Shown in pieces: positions 12,985 through 26,928 of a stretch of 64,000 nucleotides of DNA. Within the stretch, counting starts at the first letter, position 1, and each line of letters begins with the position of its first letter. The stretch comes from Eledone cirrhosa (lineage: Eukaryota): NCBI GenBank assembly GCA_964016885.1, contig OZ024743.1:264120001-264184000 (forward strand), read 5' to 3'. The notes beneath the pieces are model-generated. The model was not told where the DNA came from. It saw only the letters and a list, made by a program, of their open reading frames with translations, and did not search any database. The position numbers were made by a program, and so were the translations under genes.

Positions 12985-14950
12985 ATGGCTGAGCCACGCC
13001 CCCCAGCGATATGTCGGCTGTCGTGTGACAACGACGTAGAAGTTGAGTGGAGCGCTACAGCGAAATTAACACACATTGATAACACAAACACCACCACAAA
13101 CAAGGCAAACAAAGACACCAATGATACCAATAAGAACTCTAATTTTGAAAAAAACGACAGTAACAGCGACAACGAAAATACAGATAAAAAAACAAAAAAT
13201 AACAAATACAACAACAATATCAACACCACGAACATGAGAACAAATAGCGACAACACCAACAGCAACAATACCAACTGCACCGAGAACAACGGTGGCAACA
13301 AAGACAACACTGATAACAGCGACAGTGCTAACAACGACACCAACAAGAACAACGTCAACAACACCCCCAACGTAAACAAGACCACTTTCGCTGCGACACC
13401 AGCAAAAAAGAGGCCATGCTTCAACATGGACCTCTCAAACAAAGATGAAAAGTTGGCCCAGGCATGGAAGCTCATCAAGAAAGAGCAAACTTGGGCCAAC
13501 TTAACTGTCCCGGTAGAAGCTATTGAGGCAGTGGAGCGCAAAACGGTGCATTATAGATGCATCTCAGCACAAACCAAAAGGGTAGCGTTAATCCCACAAG
13601 AAGATGTCGAAGTCGCGCTGAGGTGCATAAAAAAAAAACACCCAGTACATAGAGAGGGGCAGACAGTACGGCACCATTTCGGTGTTGTTCAAGTCAGAAA
13701 CCCTCGCTATGAAACACGCTATGACTCCTTGCAAAACCAGCAAGGTCATAATGTACCCCTCCCACATGGGAAAAAGGACGGCCCGTCTCCGCATTCCCAG
13801 AATCCCACCAGGACTTGGCATATGGTGGCTTCTGGGATGTGTCATTGTGGAGGGGACGGATACAGTCCCTATAGAAGTGACCAGATCGGCCAGAGAGGAC
13901 TCGTCTGGGGTTGACCTGGATATCCTTCTGGAGATCAGGCCCGAGAATGTGAAGACAATCCCAGACCACATCCGCCTTCAGAATGGGACTGTCATTCACA
14001 TTATGACCGAAGGCAAAATGCCGCAGTGTTTTGTTTGTGGGGAAAAAACCTATTTGCGAGCCTTCTGCCCTCAACTGCTGAAAGAGGCAAGGGGTCGAAA
14101 GGCTCCACTGCTGCCGACACCGGGGCGAGGACCACAACCAACACCTGCACCGGCAAAACCACCAACAGCAACACCAATAGGAAGACCACCACCAACATTG
14201 ACCACCCAGGGGGGAAACGAGGAAAGCTGTCAAATTCCCCCCCCCCCCCCAATACACACACCAATAAAACCTTAAACATACATATAGACACAGACCCCTC
14301 ATCTACCAGTAGTGAAAATGAGGGAAATCCCAAATCCCCCAAAATACAAAAAAGGAAACACAAAAAGAAAAAAAAAACTCAACAAAGCACAAAAGCACCC
14401 ACAATAAAAAACGCAGACACCACCCACGCAAACATCTCTCCAATAACACCAACATCAACACCACCATCACCATCACCAGAATCCCACAAACGCAAACAAC
14501 CGAAACAGACGCAGGAACAAATATACACACAAACATCTGAAACCACAGACACCGCACTCACAACAAAACACAGATACAACCGAAACAACACCACGAAAAC
14601 CATCACCACAATAGCCACGCAAACAAATAAAATCACACCCACAAAACATACAAAACTTCGTGCTCGTCAGGAGGGCCAAAAAGGAACTGATGGCCCTCGT
14701 AGCACGAAGTGAAAATATACAAAAAGAGGGGGAAACTTTAAAATCGAGCACATTTCGCTTGCCGGAAGATTTGGTTCTGGTGCGAATGTCGCTCGACATA
14801 TTCAAAGAAATACGAGACAGCTTTCCTCGGGACGTGGGAACCCCGAACGTAAAACCCACTTCAAGACTTTTAAAGGGGTTCCCAAAAGAAACCCCACTAA
14901 CTATGGAGGTCGAACAACCCGACCTTCACAAGAGCCCGGAAGGTAAGTAA
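12985..14950 (+). pseudogene. Tx1 copy B ORF1 with zinc-knuckle remnant
   Basis: Frameshifted ORFs; CFVCGEKTYLRAFC is a CCHC knuckle with H replaced by Y; Asn-rich N-terminus. Confidence 0.75.
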
Positions 14951-14981
14951 ACCTTCCTCTCTCTCTGTTTAACCTGCCAAC

Positions 14982-17900
14982 ATGGCCGTATTAAGAGTAG
15001 GATGTTTAAATGTTCGAGGCCTGGGATCGTTCTGGAAGCAGGGTCACCTGTTCAACGACCTTAGGTCTATAGAAATGGATGTAATTGCAGTCAGCGAGAC
15101 CAGGATTTCCGACACGACGCACTAGCCCCCATTTTCGACGACTATCAGATGTTTGCATCTGTTAGCCGGCCGGGAATGGGAGGCGGGGTAGCAGTGCTGG
15201 TTTGGAAAGGCCTGGATCTCGCGGTAAGGTCGATCTTCCGGGACCCGGACGGAAAATTGGTGGTCCTGGACGTGAACAATAATGAAGGTGGTGCCTTTAG
15301 ACTGGTGGCCGTCTATGCTCCTACTGGGGCAGGACGGCCGGACTTCTTTAGACGCCTGGAAGCCTTTCTGGGTACGGCTCGCCCTTTACTGTTAGCGGGG
15401 GACTGGAACGGCATCTTAGATGCACGCTGGGACTGTGTGGGAGTATCCGATAGGAGCGGGGGTGCAAAAGCCTCAAGAACCTGATCAGCCAGTTCCAACT
15501 GTCTGACAGGTACTTACTAGATTTCCCTAATGCGCCAGTGTGGACCTGGGCTAACCGCATAGAGTCATCTAGATCGTATATAGACAGGATATTCATTAGG
15601 AAAATAGACAGAAATAGTGTAAGCTGTCCACGTTTTGAAACGGTCGCCTATTCAGATCACAAGTTTGTGATCTGTATGGTCGACCTAGATAAGACGCGTA
15701 GGTTAGGGCCTGGTTACTGGAAGCTAAACATGTCATTTCCGGCACGTAAGGCTTACAGGGACCAGGTCAACAATTTAGTTAAGAAAAAGTTGACAGGGGG
15801 AGTCGTCAACAATAGATGGTGGGGGGCTCTCAAAAGAGAGATTAGAGTAATGTTGATAGAGTTTAGCAAAGAAATAGCATTAGAGAAAAATAGAAAGGAG
15901 GGAGAGTTGGTAGATAAGTTAGACGAGACTATTGGTAGTGGCATTGCAACTGATGTGCTAGCGGCGAGAATGGCATTAGACCATTTCTTCAATGCGATAG
16001 ACGAAGGTTGCATTGTCAGAGCTAAGGCGCGTGCTCTGAGAAACGAGGGAACTAAAGCTGTTCGATGGGCCCGCGTGGCAGAGGCGCAGCGTGGTAATAA
16101 AACCACGATTCGGTCTTTGACAGACCGAGATGGGCTCGAGCTGAGCGATTCCAAGAGGATGTGTGAGGCCTTTCGCCAACATTTTGCTCGGTTGTTCGAG
16201 GGAAGTGGCGAGTCAGAGATGGTGGCGGACTTCAGTCCCTACCTCGATGGCTTGCCGCAACTCTCGACGGCTGATGCTGGGCGTTGCGAAAGGCCAATTA
16301 CTTCAGCCGGAGATTCAGGATGCCCTTGTAGGCTGCATGAGGTGCAAGTCACCCGGTTTGGATGGTCTGCCCTACGTGCTTTACGTAAACATGCCAGACT
16401 TGTTCTCCAATCTCCTCGAAACCCTCTACTGCAACTGGCAGCAAAACGGAAGTATTCCCAGTTCTGTGAGCCGGGGCGTAGTGACGCTGATAAGGAAAGA
16501 CGAGAACAAGAGGGTCACATTAGACAATTTCAGGCCCATAACTCTGCTCAACACAGAGTTTAAGATTTTGGCCAGGGTGTTAGCGAAGAGGTTGGCGCTT
16601 GTCGTCGGGGATTTGGTTGGGAAGGCGCAAACTTGCGCAATCACAACCAGGACCATACACGACAACCTCCACCTAATGCGATACATCATAGAGAGGGTAA
16701 TGTGTAAACCTGGCTTCGGTGGATCAATCGAAAGCATTCGATAGGGTCGACCATCGGTACCTGGAGGCTGTCCTCAAGGCGGCTGGCTTTGGCACCGTCT
16801 TCGGAAGCTGGATCGCTGCAATGCACAGCGGCACCTGCGCGATGGTCAAAATTAATGGCCACCACTCAGAACCGTTTTAGGTCTCCCGATCGGTCCGTCA
16901 AGGGTGCCTTCTCTCCTCCCTTCTGTACGTATTGACTCTCGAGCCTTTACTGCGGAAGCTGGAGCTGTTGCAGGGCATCCCGCTCGAACCGGGACGCGAA
17001 AAGGCTGTGTCGGCTTATGCGGACGACATCACCGTGATGGTGTCGGACACCTCAGAAATCGAGGTGGTCGGCAACTTATTGGAGGAATATGAAAGGTTGA
17101 CGGAAGCAAAACTTAACCCGGAAAAAGTCAGTAGGCTTGCAACTCGCCACCCGGAGAGGCAAGTCCATGCCGTCCAACAGCGTCGTTAGGCGCTGGACGG
17201 ACGGACAGTAAAGTTGCTAGGGGTTTGGTTCGGGCCAGATCTCCAGGTTGATAAGAATTGGTACGAGGTGACGGGCAGGGTAGTCAGTCTCACCCAGAAA
17301 TGGGCTGGGATAAAGCTATCACTGAAAGGTCGGGCGGAGGTGGCGAACGCGTACATCGCGTCCGTCATCTACTACCGTCTGACTGTCTTCCCTTTCCCCC
17401 GATCGCGCCTCGCCATCTTGGAGCGGCTCCTCTTCAAATTCTTGTGGAGGGGTCAGTTTCCGCTGGTGAGGCGGTCCATCTGCTGCCAGCACCCTCTACG
17501 TGGAGGGCTGGGCATGCCGTGGCTAATGATGAGCAGGCACGCGCTGAGGCAGCGGCATCTCCAGATATTCTGCCTAAACGGTGAACAGGTGTGGTCGCCG
17601 TATGTCAGACGGGCCTTTCCGCAGCTCGTTTCTTTGACTGAGTTGAAGTCCTGGGTCAAGAAGAGACCGAGACTGGGTGACTGGCATCTGTAATGTTGCC
17701 AGGCACTTACTGCCCTCTACCACGCGGGCAATGTGGTCAGTGGAACTTCCACTCTCGAGTTCTATAGAGGATTAGTGGTGGGCAGTGCGACGACGCACTC
17801 AGAGAGGCTTTGGGAGTCAACGAAATCGAATTAATCAGTCTGTACCGGAGGACTTTCGAGCCGGGGACGATGGATAATTTCCAAAAATCCCTCGCTTGGA

Positions 17901-18393
17901 AGTGCTACCGGGGGGCACTGCCGGTTCGAGATAAACTCTACAGGCACGGAAGTGCTGTCAGACGGACCTGCCCGAGATGCGCGCAGAGCGACGAAACCGT
18001 TCTGCACGCACTCGTCTAGTGTCCGTGCATTACTGACTTGTGGAGTTATGTTCAACAGCTGTTGTCGCGTGTAGAACGGATCCGGCTATCGGCCGAGTCC
18101 ATAGTGAAGATCAACCCGCCGCCTTCTTTTGGCTAGCAATTTTCTTTTGGCAGGCAATTTTCCTCTGTCTGGTGGCAGTAGCGAAAGAGGTTGTATGGTG
18201 GACGAGGTTGAAAGGACTGAAGACAGACACTTTTCTCTTCGGCCAATCCCTCATCAACCTTTTCAAGTTTCACTTGGAAAGGAAGGTGAGGGTGGAGAGA
18301 GAAGTGCTGCCCCCCAGTACATTTGCTGAAAGGTGGGTGAATGTGGCGAGAATGGCCCGTGTGAGTGGGCCTAATCTGGTCATGCGGCTGTAG
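14982..18393 (+). pseudogene. Tx1 copy B ORF2 (APE-RT-ZF), disrupted
   Basis: MAVLRVGCLNVRGL start; GDWN, SDH, SPGLDG, NFRPITLLN, AYADD, CPRC..H. Confidence 0.93.
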
Positions 18394-18682
18394 GTAGGTA
18401 AATTTGAAGAGGAGAGGGGTACTCTTCCAGGGTGCTCTCGAAGCGTCGGGTCGTTCAGGACTGGTGGGATACCTGGGCGAACCCTAGGTGGTCATTACCC
18501 CTATTGGGGGATTTTTTCTTGTTGTAATTTTACTGTTACTTTATTGTTACTTTGTTATTGTTACTTTTTTTATTCATATTGTTTACTCGATTTTTCTGTA
18601 AAACCCCACTGTCCCAGTCTTTTGTATTGTCCCCTATATGTCGGCCCTTGTGGCCAATAAATGAAATCATTATTATTAATAT

Positions 18683-18880
18683 TGGTGGATTGGCAGTATC
18701 GGTAGAGGGTCGGACGCCATGCTTTGACGTATGGAGTTACGGCCCTTGCCATTCTGAGTTCAAATCCCGTCGAGGTTAACTTTGCCTTTCATCCTTACGG
18801 GGTCGATAAAATAAAGTACCAGTAATGCACTAGGTAATTGCTGGCCTTGTGCCAAAAGTAGAAGCAATTATTATTATTAT
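18683..18880 (+). mobile_element. tRNA-type SINE with (ATT)n tail
   Basis: A-box-like TGGCAGTATCGGTAG, B-box-like GAGTTCAAATCC, ATT tail; close reverse copy at 27285-27470. Confidence 0.85.
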
Positions 18881-18889
18881 TGTTATTGT

Positions 18890-21800
18890 ACTTTGAGTCT
18901 CAGTCATTGATGTTAGTTAACTGGAAAGTTTGTTGAAATACATATCAAGCCGCTACCTGCAGCCTCAGATATTCAGGACGTATCGGAGGGTTCTTGCTGT
19001 TCCCAGCAAGCATGCCTTTTGAAGTGTTCCAAAAAGCGGGCAGGGCCCAATTTTCTATAACCATTCCTGGAAACTTTTTGAGATAGTACCTAGTGCGCCT
19101 ATGACAATCGGGAACACTTTGACTTCATGGCAGTTCCAAATCCTTTTTACCCCCCACTTTAAGTCCTGGTATCGGTTAATTTTCTCCCTCTCCTTCTCTT
19201 GCACTCTCGTGTCGAATGGGCAGGCCAAATCCACAATCAGGCACGATCTTTTTTTCTTGTCCAAAACCACCAGGTCAGGTCTATTGTTTTCTAATTTCTT
19301 ACCCGTCTGTATCCTAAAATCCCACAGCACTTTCACCTGATCGTTTTCTATCACCGACTCTGGCTTATGCTCATACCACTTCTCAGAATGTGGTAAATTG
19401 TTTACTTTGCATAGGTGCCAGTGGATCACCCTGCCCATCACATCATGTCTGCAGCCCTTATAGTGAGTCTGGGCTAGGTGTTTACACTCGGATACAATGT
19501 GAGCCACAGTCTCCTCTCTCTCTCCACAGATCTTGCACAGTGGGATAGCCTCCTCCTTGTAAATATGGTGTTTCAACCACTTCGTTTTGAGGGCCTGCAC
19601 TTGCGCAGCCATTAGCATTCCTTCTGTAGCCTTTGTAACGTCTCCTCTTTTCAACCAGTTCCATGTCTGTGGATCTCTGAATTCAGTTTTCTCCAAGAAG
19701 GTACTATGAAGGGATTTTTCATGAAGGCTGCTCTTTCTCCACTTTCTTATTTCCTCCTTGGACATCCTCTGGTCTATTGTCCTCTCATTCAGTACAACTC
19801 TAAGCATTGGCTACTTACTATCAGTCACGTATTTGTGTGGGTTGTTTTTCTCCATCTGAACACAGTCCTCTATGCTGATAAGACCTCTTCCATCTTCAGA
19901 TCTCCTTAAGTAGAGTCTATCGACATCACTCCTCTTGTGGAACATGTTGTAGATAGTCAATAGCTTCCTAGTCTTCCTATCCATTTCTTTTTGTTCAGCA
20001 ACATTCCATCTCAGAATTCCAGCACTGTACCTAATAATAGACACAGCTCGGGAATTTACTGCTCTTATGGCATTCCTACTGTTCAGATGTGACTTTAATA
20101 CGCTCCTTACTCTCCGAATGTATTCACATCTTATCAATTCCTTCATTTTTTTGTTCTTGATGTCATCAGCCTCCAGATCACCCAAATACTTGTATACTTC
20201 TTCAGTGTCAATTTCCTTTATCATCTCACCTGTTGGTACCTGGATTCCGTTGCTTCATCTGAATTTACCCCTCTTCATCACAAGGACTCAACACTTACTA
20301 ATACCAAATTGCATACATATATCATTGCTGAAAATACGGACAGTCTCAACAAGCACATCCAACTCCTTCTCACGCTTCCCGAAGAGCTTAAGATCGTCCA
20401 TAAAGAGGAGGTAATTGATGGTAAGCTCTCCCTTTCCCAACTTGTATCCTGCTCTCACTTTTCGCAGTATAATGGTCAGGAGCATCAGGGCAAGGACAAA
20501 CAACAGAGGGGACAGACTATCTCCCTGTAAGATACCTCTCTTGATCTTCCCGCCTCCTAATGATTCTCCAGCTGATCTTAACTCTGTTTTCCAGGACTTC
20601 ATACTTTTGCCCAACAACTGTCTGATGTTATCTGCCACCTTGAAGGTCTCTAGGCTTTTGGTGCTCCAAGAATGAGACACCATGTCAAATGCCTTTTTGA
20701 AGTCTATCCATCCCATGACAAGACCAGTGTGTCTCCTCTTGCAATTCCTCATTACCATCTTATCAATAAGTAACTGGTCCTTTGTACCACGGGACTTCTT
20801 TCTGCATACTTTCTGTTCGTCCGGTAACAAGTTGTTTGTGTGGAGGTGATGGTAGATTTCCTCAGACATAATGCTTGTCAACAGTTTCCACATTACGGAC
20901 AGACATTTGATAGGTCTATAGTTGGTAACATCATTACCCTTGATTCGGTCTTTCATTATCAGAACTGTGGTACCTTTTGTCAACCACTCTGGTACCTCAC
21001 CTGACATCAAGCAGTCATTGAACATGGTTGGCAGTTTCGGGTGGAGGGATGTTATATTTTTAATCCAATACCCCTGCACACCATCTGGGCCTGGTAATTT
21101 CCAGTTGGTTAGTTCTTTGGCCTGCCCCTTAAGAGTTTCAACTGTGATACTCAAATCAGTTTGTTGGTGTGCCTGTTCACTAACCTCCTTCTGTACTGCC
21201 TCAATCCACACTGCCTGGTCATCCTGCTCTCATATTCCTCTCCAGAATGTCTTAGTTTGTTCCGCCTCAGGGATCAAGTCGTTGTCTCTTTCTTTCCCTT
21301 CAAGCTGTCCAAACAGCATCTTCTGGTTGTTGTCAAATATGCGGTTCTATCTATACTGACTGACTCTGCTCTCGTTTCGCCTAATTCTTGCACTCTTTGC
21401 TACAATGCGTTGCTTCAGTTCCTCTATGATAATATTTAGCTTTTTCCTCCTAGTTTTGTAATTTATTTCCATTTTTAGTGTCTATGTGTTTTAGTGTCCC
21501 ATTCAGTAGGGACTCAAGCTTTCCAATTTCATTTCTCATTTACCTGATTTGTCCATTCAGTCGTTTCTTCCACCAAGGTTCTGATCTTTCTTGTTTGTTG
21601 TTTCCTCTCGCTTTTATGCCAAGTAATTTCCTCACCGCATTTGCTGTTGCTTTGAGGATATTGTTGCACTGGTGAAGGCTCCTCGCCTCAAGGTATGGGA
21701 TGACTTTGTTTACCTTAGCTGTTGTTTCTTTTAACTTTTTCCTGTCTACAAATCTTAATTTCATAGGTTTCCCATTATCATTGTCCAATTCATCTACCAC

Positions 21801-22742
21801 TAAGTTTAGGATATCAACCAAATCTTGTCCTAGCCCGTCAGCATTCATCTCCTCAAAGTCCGTATCTTTGTTCCAGGTTTTATTTATTTCAGCGTTCAGA
21901 TCATTGTCTGCTTCGGATGGTTCCTCCGTTCTATAAACCTCTTCACCTTCATTTCCCTCTGGCTTGTTTGCCTGGCATACTCCAGTCTCTATTTCCAACC
22001 TAATCTCTCTGCTCAGTTCCTCCAGTTCCAGCTCGCTTATCCACTCATTAGTTCTTATTACCCGAGCCTGCCCGGCCAATTTTTGTTCATCTAATTTAAA
22101 TAGACCAATCTCGTTCCAGATGTTATGCATCCGTTTCCTATAGCCTTTTTCCTTGGGGTTACTCTTCAGGTAACATTGCATAACAGTTCTATTCAATTCT
22201 TTCGTCCAGTTGGTTCTGGTCCCTTTCCTTCTTCTTCTTCCCCCGACACCAGGAGTACTTGGTTGACAACCAGGTCCCTGCTGCTGAGCCAGGGGGCATC
22301 TGCTGGGTGAGAGTCTGTCACATGACATTCCAGTCTCCACTTCACCGTTATTCGAACTGTTTAGGTTCGACATTTAAACACTCCTATCGAGGATTGGTGA
22401 ATGTATGGTTACATAACCACCGGTGATTTCATCAACTCCGGTGATTTCATCACCCCCGGTGATTTTAGTGTAGACGAACATAAATAAACAAACAAACAAA
22501 TAGGTAACCCCCCCCCCCCAAAAAAAAAAGAAAAAGTATATTTTCATTGTAATGTAATGTTTGAATGTCTGACTTAGTTTGTTTTTTTCCTTCTCTGTCT
22601 GTCTCTTTGTTTTTCTTTTCATTTTTCTTTTCTTTACGTTTTTCGTTGTTGCTGTGCTGTTTTGATTTTGATTTTTGGTTTTATTGATTTTTTGACCGGG
22701 TCATCAAATCAGTCTATTTATATCTTTTGATGCCTTCCTCTT
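18890..22742 (-). mobile_element. R4/Dong-type non-LTR retrotransposon (RT + CCHC + restriction-like endonuclease), full length, decayed
   Basis: PGPDG, QGDSLSP, LFMDD, CKICGE.EETVAHIVSEC, RPDLVV..IVDLACPFD..EK; flanked by TAA/ATT repeats on both sides. Confidence 0.93.
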
Positions 22743-22779
22743 ATTATTATTATTATTATTATGATTATTATTATTATTG

Positions 22780-23467
22780 TTCTTTGAGTCTCAGTCATTG
22801 ATGTTATTTAACTGGAAAGTTTGTTGAAATGAATATCAAGCCGCTACCTGCAGCCTCACATATTCAGGACGTATCGGAGGGTTCTTGCTGTTCCCAGCAA
22901 GCATGCCTTTTAAAGTGTTTCAAAAAGCGGGGCTGGACTAATCTTCTTTAACCATCCTTGGAAACTCTTTGAGATAGTACCTAGTGCGCCTATAACAATC
23001 GGGATGACCTTGTCTTCATGGTAGTTCCAAATCCTTTTTAACTCCCACTTTAAGTCCTGGTATCGCTTAATTTTCTCCTTCTCCTTTTCTTGCACTCACG
23101 TGTCAAATGGGCAGGCTACATCTACAATCACGCACGATCTTTTTTTCTTGTCCCAAACCACCAGGTTAGGCTTATTGTTTTCTAATTTCTTCTTCGTCTG
23201 TATCATAAAATCCCATAACACCTTCACCTGATCGTTTTCTATCACCCACTCTGGCTTATGCTCATACCATTTTTCACAATGTGGTAAATTGTTTACTTTG
23301 CATAGATGCCAGTGGATCACCCTGCCCATCACATCATGTCTCCAGCCTTTATAGTGAGTCTGGGCTAGGTGTTTACACTCGGATACAATGTGAGCCACAG
23401 TCTCCGCTCTCTCCACAGATCTTACACAGGGAGCTAGCCTCCTCCTTGTAAATATGGTGTTTCACCC

Positions 23468-23469
<2 letters not shown>
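22780..23469 (-). mobile_element. 5'-truncated copy of the same Dong-type family
   Basis: CCHC + RLE region and the same 3' UTR as 18890; 5' end abuts (CTT)n. Confidence 0.9.
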
Positions 23470-23498
<29 letters not shown>

Positions 23499-23540
23499 CT
23501 TCTTCTTCTTCTTCTTCTTCTTCTTCTTCTTCTTCTTCTT

Positions 23541-23570
<30 letters not shown>
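23469..23570. repeat. (CTT)n/(GAA)n microsatellite
   Basis: Seen directly. Confidence 0.95.
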
Positions 23571-23571
<1 letters not shown>

Positions 23572-23650
23572 ACATATTCCAAACAACGTGACGTATTGTC
23601 ATTATAGAAGTAATATTATTTCCCGACCACACACACACACACTGATTGTG

Positions 23651-23725
<75 letters not shown>

Positions 23726-24981
23726 AATCAGTTGGAGTGCATTTTATATAGTAATTTATTTTTACCTGAATAGCGATGAAATGATTATGAAAACAAGATT
23801 CTTCTTCTTTGGAAATTATTGATATTAAGACACGTTAATACTCTTTACTTTTCCCAAATATTACCAGCAGATTTCTTCAAATAAAAATAACAAAGCACAA
23901 CTAAATCTTTTTATCTATACTAATACTCTCTACTATATTGCTGAAGAGCTAACAAAGGCGTCTTGACGTGGTTTTAAACGTCATGTTAGAAATAGCATAC
24001 TACCATTTTAAAATATTATACTACCATTTTAAAATAAATGGATACATTATATAATTTAATTTTAGGTGCAGTATATGAAAAATGAATGACTCGGTGGTTA
24101 CAACTGGAATAAACGTTGATCATAGTTATGCTGTATCAGAGCGGAATTTTTCATAAAATATGACATAAACTTATTTATTGTACAGAGGATAATGTATATA
24201 AGAGTTATAGATACCAACATTATTAATGTACTCAAAATATGTAATGTAATGTCGTTAGCGCGTAGGATAGAACGTATTACTGCATTCAGTTAGACTTCCT
24301 GAACGCGGAATTTCAATCCTGTTTAACTTAATGTTTTATCATTTTGAGGTAGGTAAATTAACAATGCAAGGCTGTAGATTGGCTGAAATGTTGCAGCAAA
24401 AAAAGAGTTTTATAATGGTGTCTGTTCCCCTGATCTTGTTCTGAATTCAAATTCTGTCCTTTTCTAACCACCATATGCGATCAGGGACAGGTATGTCTAT
24501 ATTAACATATTGCTGATACTTGATCAAGCTGTGGATCTACAATGGCCGAGTAGAAAACCATATGTACATAGAATAACAGTTTACGTCGGAGTCATGTGTA
24601 CTGCAGTTGTGAATATTGAATACAAATACGTATTATTCTATAACACATCAATTCTCTTGGTCCCTTTATTTCGGTAAAGAGTGAGGTTAATATACATTGA
24701 GAAACTGGGTGCATAGTACCATGTTATACTGGTCATTGTTCAGAGTGAGCTAAAATGTTCTGTGTAGAAGCAATTAATAAAATATGCTTAAACCTCAAAT
24801 TTCTTGCTGCTCAATAAAACAATTTAATACCAGCAAGAATTATTGTACATCAACGATAAATCTCATAGAGTCTCATCCAGTGTCATAAGAACATTTTCAA
24901 GAAACTGTGATCATCCAGACATTTAAAAAAGATGTAAATCTTCACAGATTATGTATATATTTCTTTTTTTCTTAAAATATA

Positions 24982-25366
24982 AGGGTTCCATTTATTGGTA
25001 ACAAGAGCCCACATGTAGGGGACAATACAAAGACAGTGGGATTTTACAACAAAAATACACTATAACAAACACAATTCGCAATGAAAATATATAGAAATAT
25101 AAAATATATAAAATATATAAAAACATAACAAAATAAAGTCACCATTTGGGGTCCAACCACCCAGGAGACTGAGGTACCACACAAATCCTAAACTACTCGA
25201 GGGTTCCAGGGCATCTGGGAAGGGCACCCCTCACGTCTAGTATCAAGCCTACGGTCACATTCACGAGAGCCATTCCATTCTCGTCACATTCACCCAATTT
25301 TTAAAAAATTTGCTGGAGCGTCAGCACTTCTTTCCCCACAATCACCTTCTTTTCCAAGTGAAATAT
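24982..25366 (-). mobile_element. 3' fragment of a Tx1-clade LINE
   Basis: Minus strand gives FHLEKKVIVGKEVL (copy B has FHLERKVRVEREVL) and the 3' UTR CCCACTGTC-TTTGTATTGTCCCCTA...CCAATAAATG as in copy B. Confidence 0.8.
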
Positions 25367-25470
25367 AATGACTTCAATGTAATCAAATAGTTATTTCAAA
25401 GTAAAATGAATAATATGATGGCGATTTACCAAATGCACTGATTCTTAGTTCTTATTCCAAAATGGTGGTG

Positions 25471-25593
<123 letters not shown>

Positions 25594-25689
25594 GTAGAAC
25601 ACTGGAAGGTAATATCTGTAGTGGTAGAGCACTCAGTCCATGGGACGAGTTAGGTAGAAGTGCTTACACAACAGTAAGTTCACCATACC

Positions 25690-25725
25690 GAGAACAATTG
25701 TTTCACCTTAGCGGATCCTCAGCTC
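25690..25725 (-). ncRNA. Type I hammerhead ribozyme (inverted pLTR copy)
   Basis: Reverse strand GAG-CTGAGGA-TCCGCTAAGGT-GAAA-CAATTG-TT-CTC. Confidence 0.7.
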
Positions 25726-25782
25726 GTAATGGACATGGTTATACAGAACAGGAAGGACAACCGTACGAACGCGCATACGCAG

Positions 25783-26516
25783 AAACGGCGTTAGCTAACA
25801 GCGGCTTCTCGCAACCTATCACTTACTCTCCCACTAACAACAACAGCAATAAGAAAAGAAAGCGTAATAATAGACAAACTATCTGGTTCTGGCCTCCCTT
25901 CTCACTCAACGTTAAAACAGATATAGGCAAAACATTTCTAGCCCTCTTAGATAGATACTTTCCCATAGGTCATAAATACCGACACAAAGTAAAACTAGGA
26001 TACTCCTGCGCTAAGAACATGAAGACCCACATCACCAACAGCCCTAAGAGCAACGCCCCACCAGGGTGCTCTTACCGTAAGCCCGAAGCTTGTCGCCTTC
26101 AACAGCAATGCAACACATCTGCTGTAGTTTATGAAGCTGTGATCACTTCCAACCGACCAAATCAACCACAGGAGGTCAAATCATATGTGGGTATGGGCGA
26201 GGGCCGATTTAAGGAACGCTTCCTGAACTACCAGTTGACCTTTAGATACCCGGACAGACGTTCATCCACGCAACTCGCGGGCCACGTATGGTCCCTCAAG
26301 GACTCAAGTATATACTGCTCCATTCAATGGAAAGCCATCACGAAGTCCAAGCCATATGCAAGGGGAAATCTGTCGTGTGGACTATGTATTGATGAACGAT
26401 TAAATATTCAAAAGAGATTACATAATAGTGATTGCCTAAACTCGAGGATTGAATTCTTGACACGTTGTCCACACGTCTGGAAACACCTCTTACATAACTA
26501 CAAAGCTCCGCATTGA
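25783..26516 (+). pseudogene. PLE linker + GIY-YIG endonuclease
   Basis: [60 protein letters not shown]. Confidence 0.88.
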
Positions 26517-26685
26517 ATTACAACAACATCGTAATTTTCTTATCAACTAGAAACTTTCGGACTTTCGCAGTTATCTCCCTTACAACTCTCGCACGCAATT
26601 TAGTATTGCCTGTGTGAAGTGATCGTGTGTGCGCTTGCACGTTCGTACGGTTGTCCTTCCTGTTCCGTATAACCATGTCCATTAA

Positions 26686-26721
26686 GAGCTGAGGAACCGC
26701 TAAGGTGAAACAATTGTTCTC
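26686..26721 (+). ncRNA. Minimal type I hammerhead ribozyme in the PLE 3' pLTR
   Basis: Stem I GAG/CTC, core CTGAGGA, stem II ACC-GCTAA-GGT, GAAA, palindromic stem III CAATTG, GUU site. Confidence 0.82.
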
Positions 26722-26750
26722 GGTATGGTGAAGTAACTGTTGTGTAACCA

Positions 26751-26817
<67 letters not shown>

Positions 26818-26855
26818 AACAAATTCATAAACACACACTCTCTCTCGTGTATTAT

Positions 26856-26928
<73 letters not shown>

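Larger units (their letters stand above)
12781..18682 (+). mobile_element. Tx1/L1-clade LINE, copy B (different subfamily)
   Basis: Directly follows the ATT tail of copy A; ends CCAATAAATGAAATC-(ATT)n. Confidence 0.92.
25660..26752 (+). mobile_element. 5'-truncated Penelope-like element (Naiad-like) with an inverted pLTR copy at its 5' end
   Basis: GIY-YIG ORF; 25661-25782 is the reverse complement of 26630-26750; flanked by (TA)n. Confidence 0.88.
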
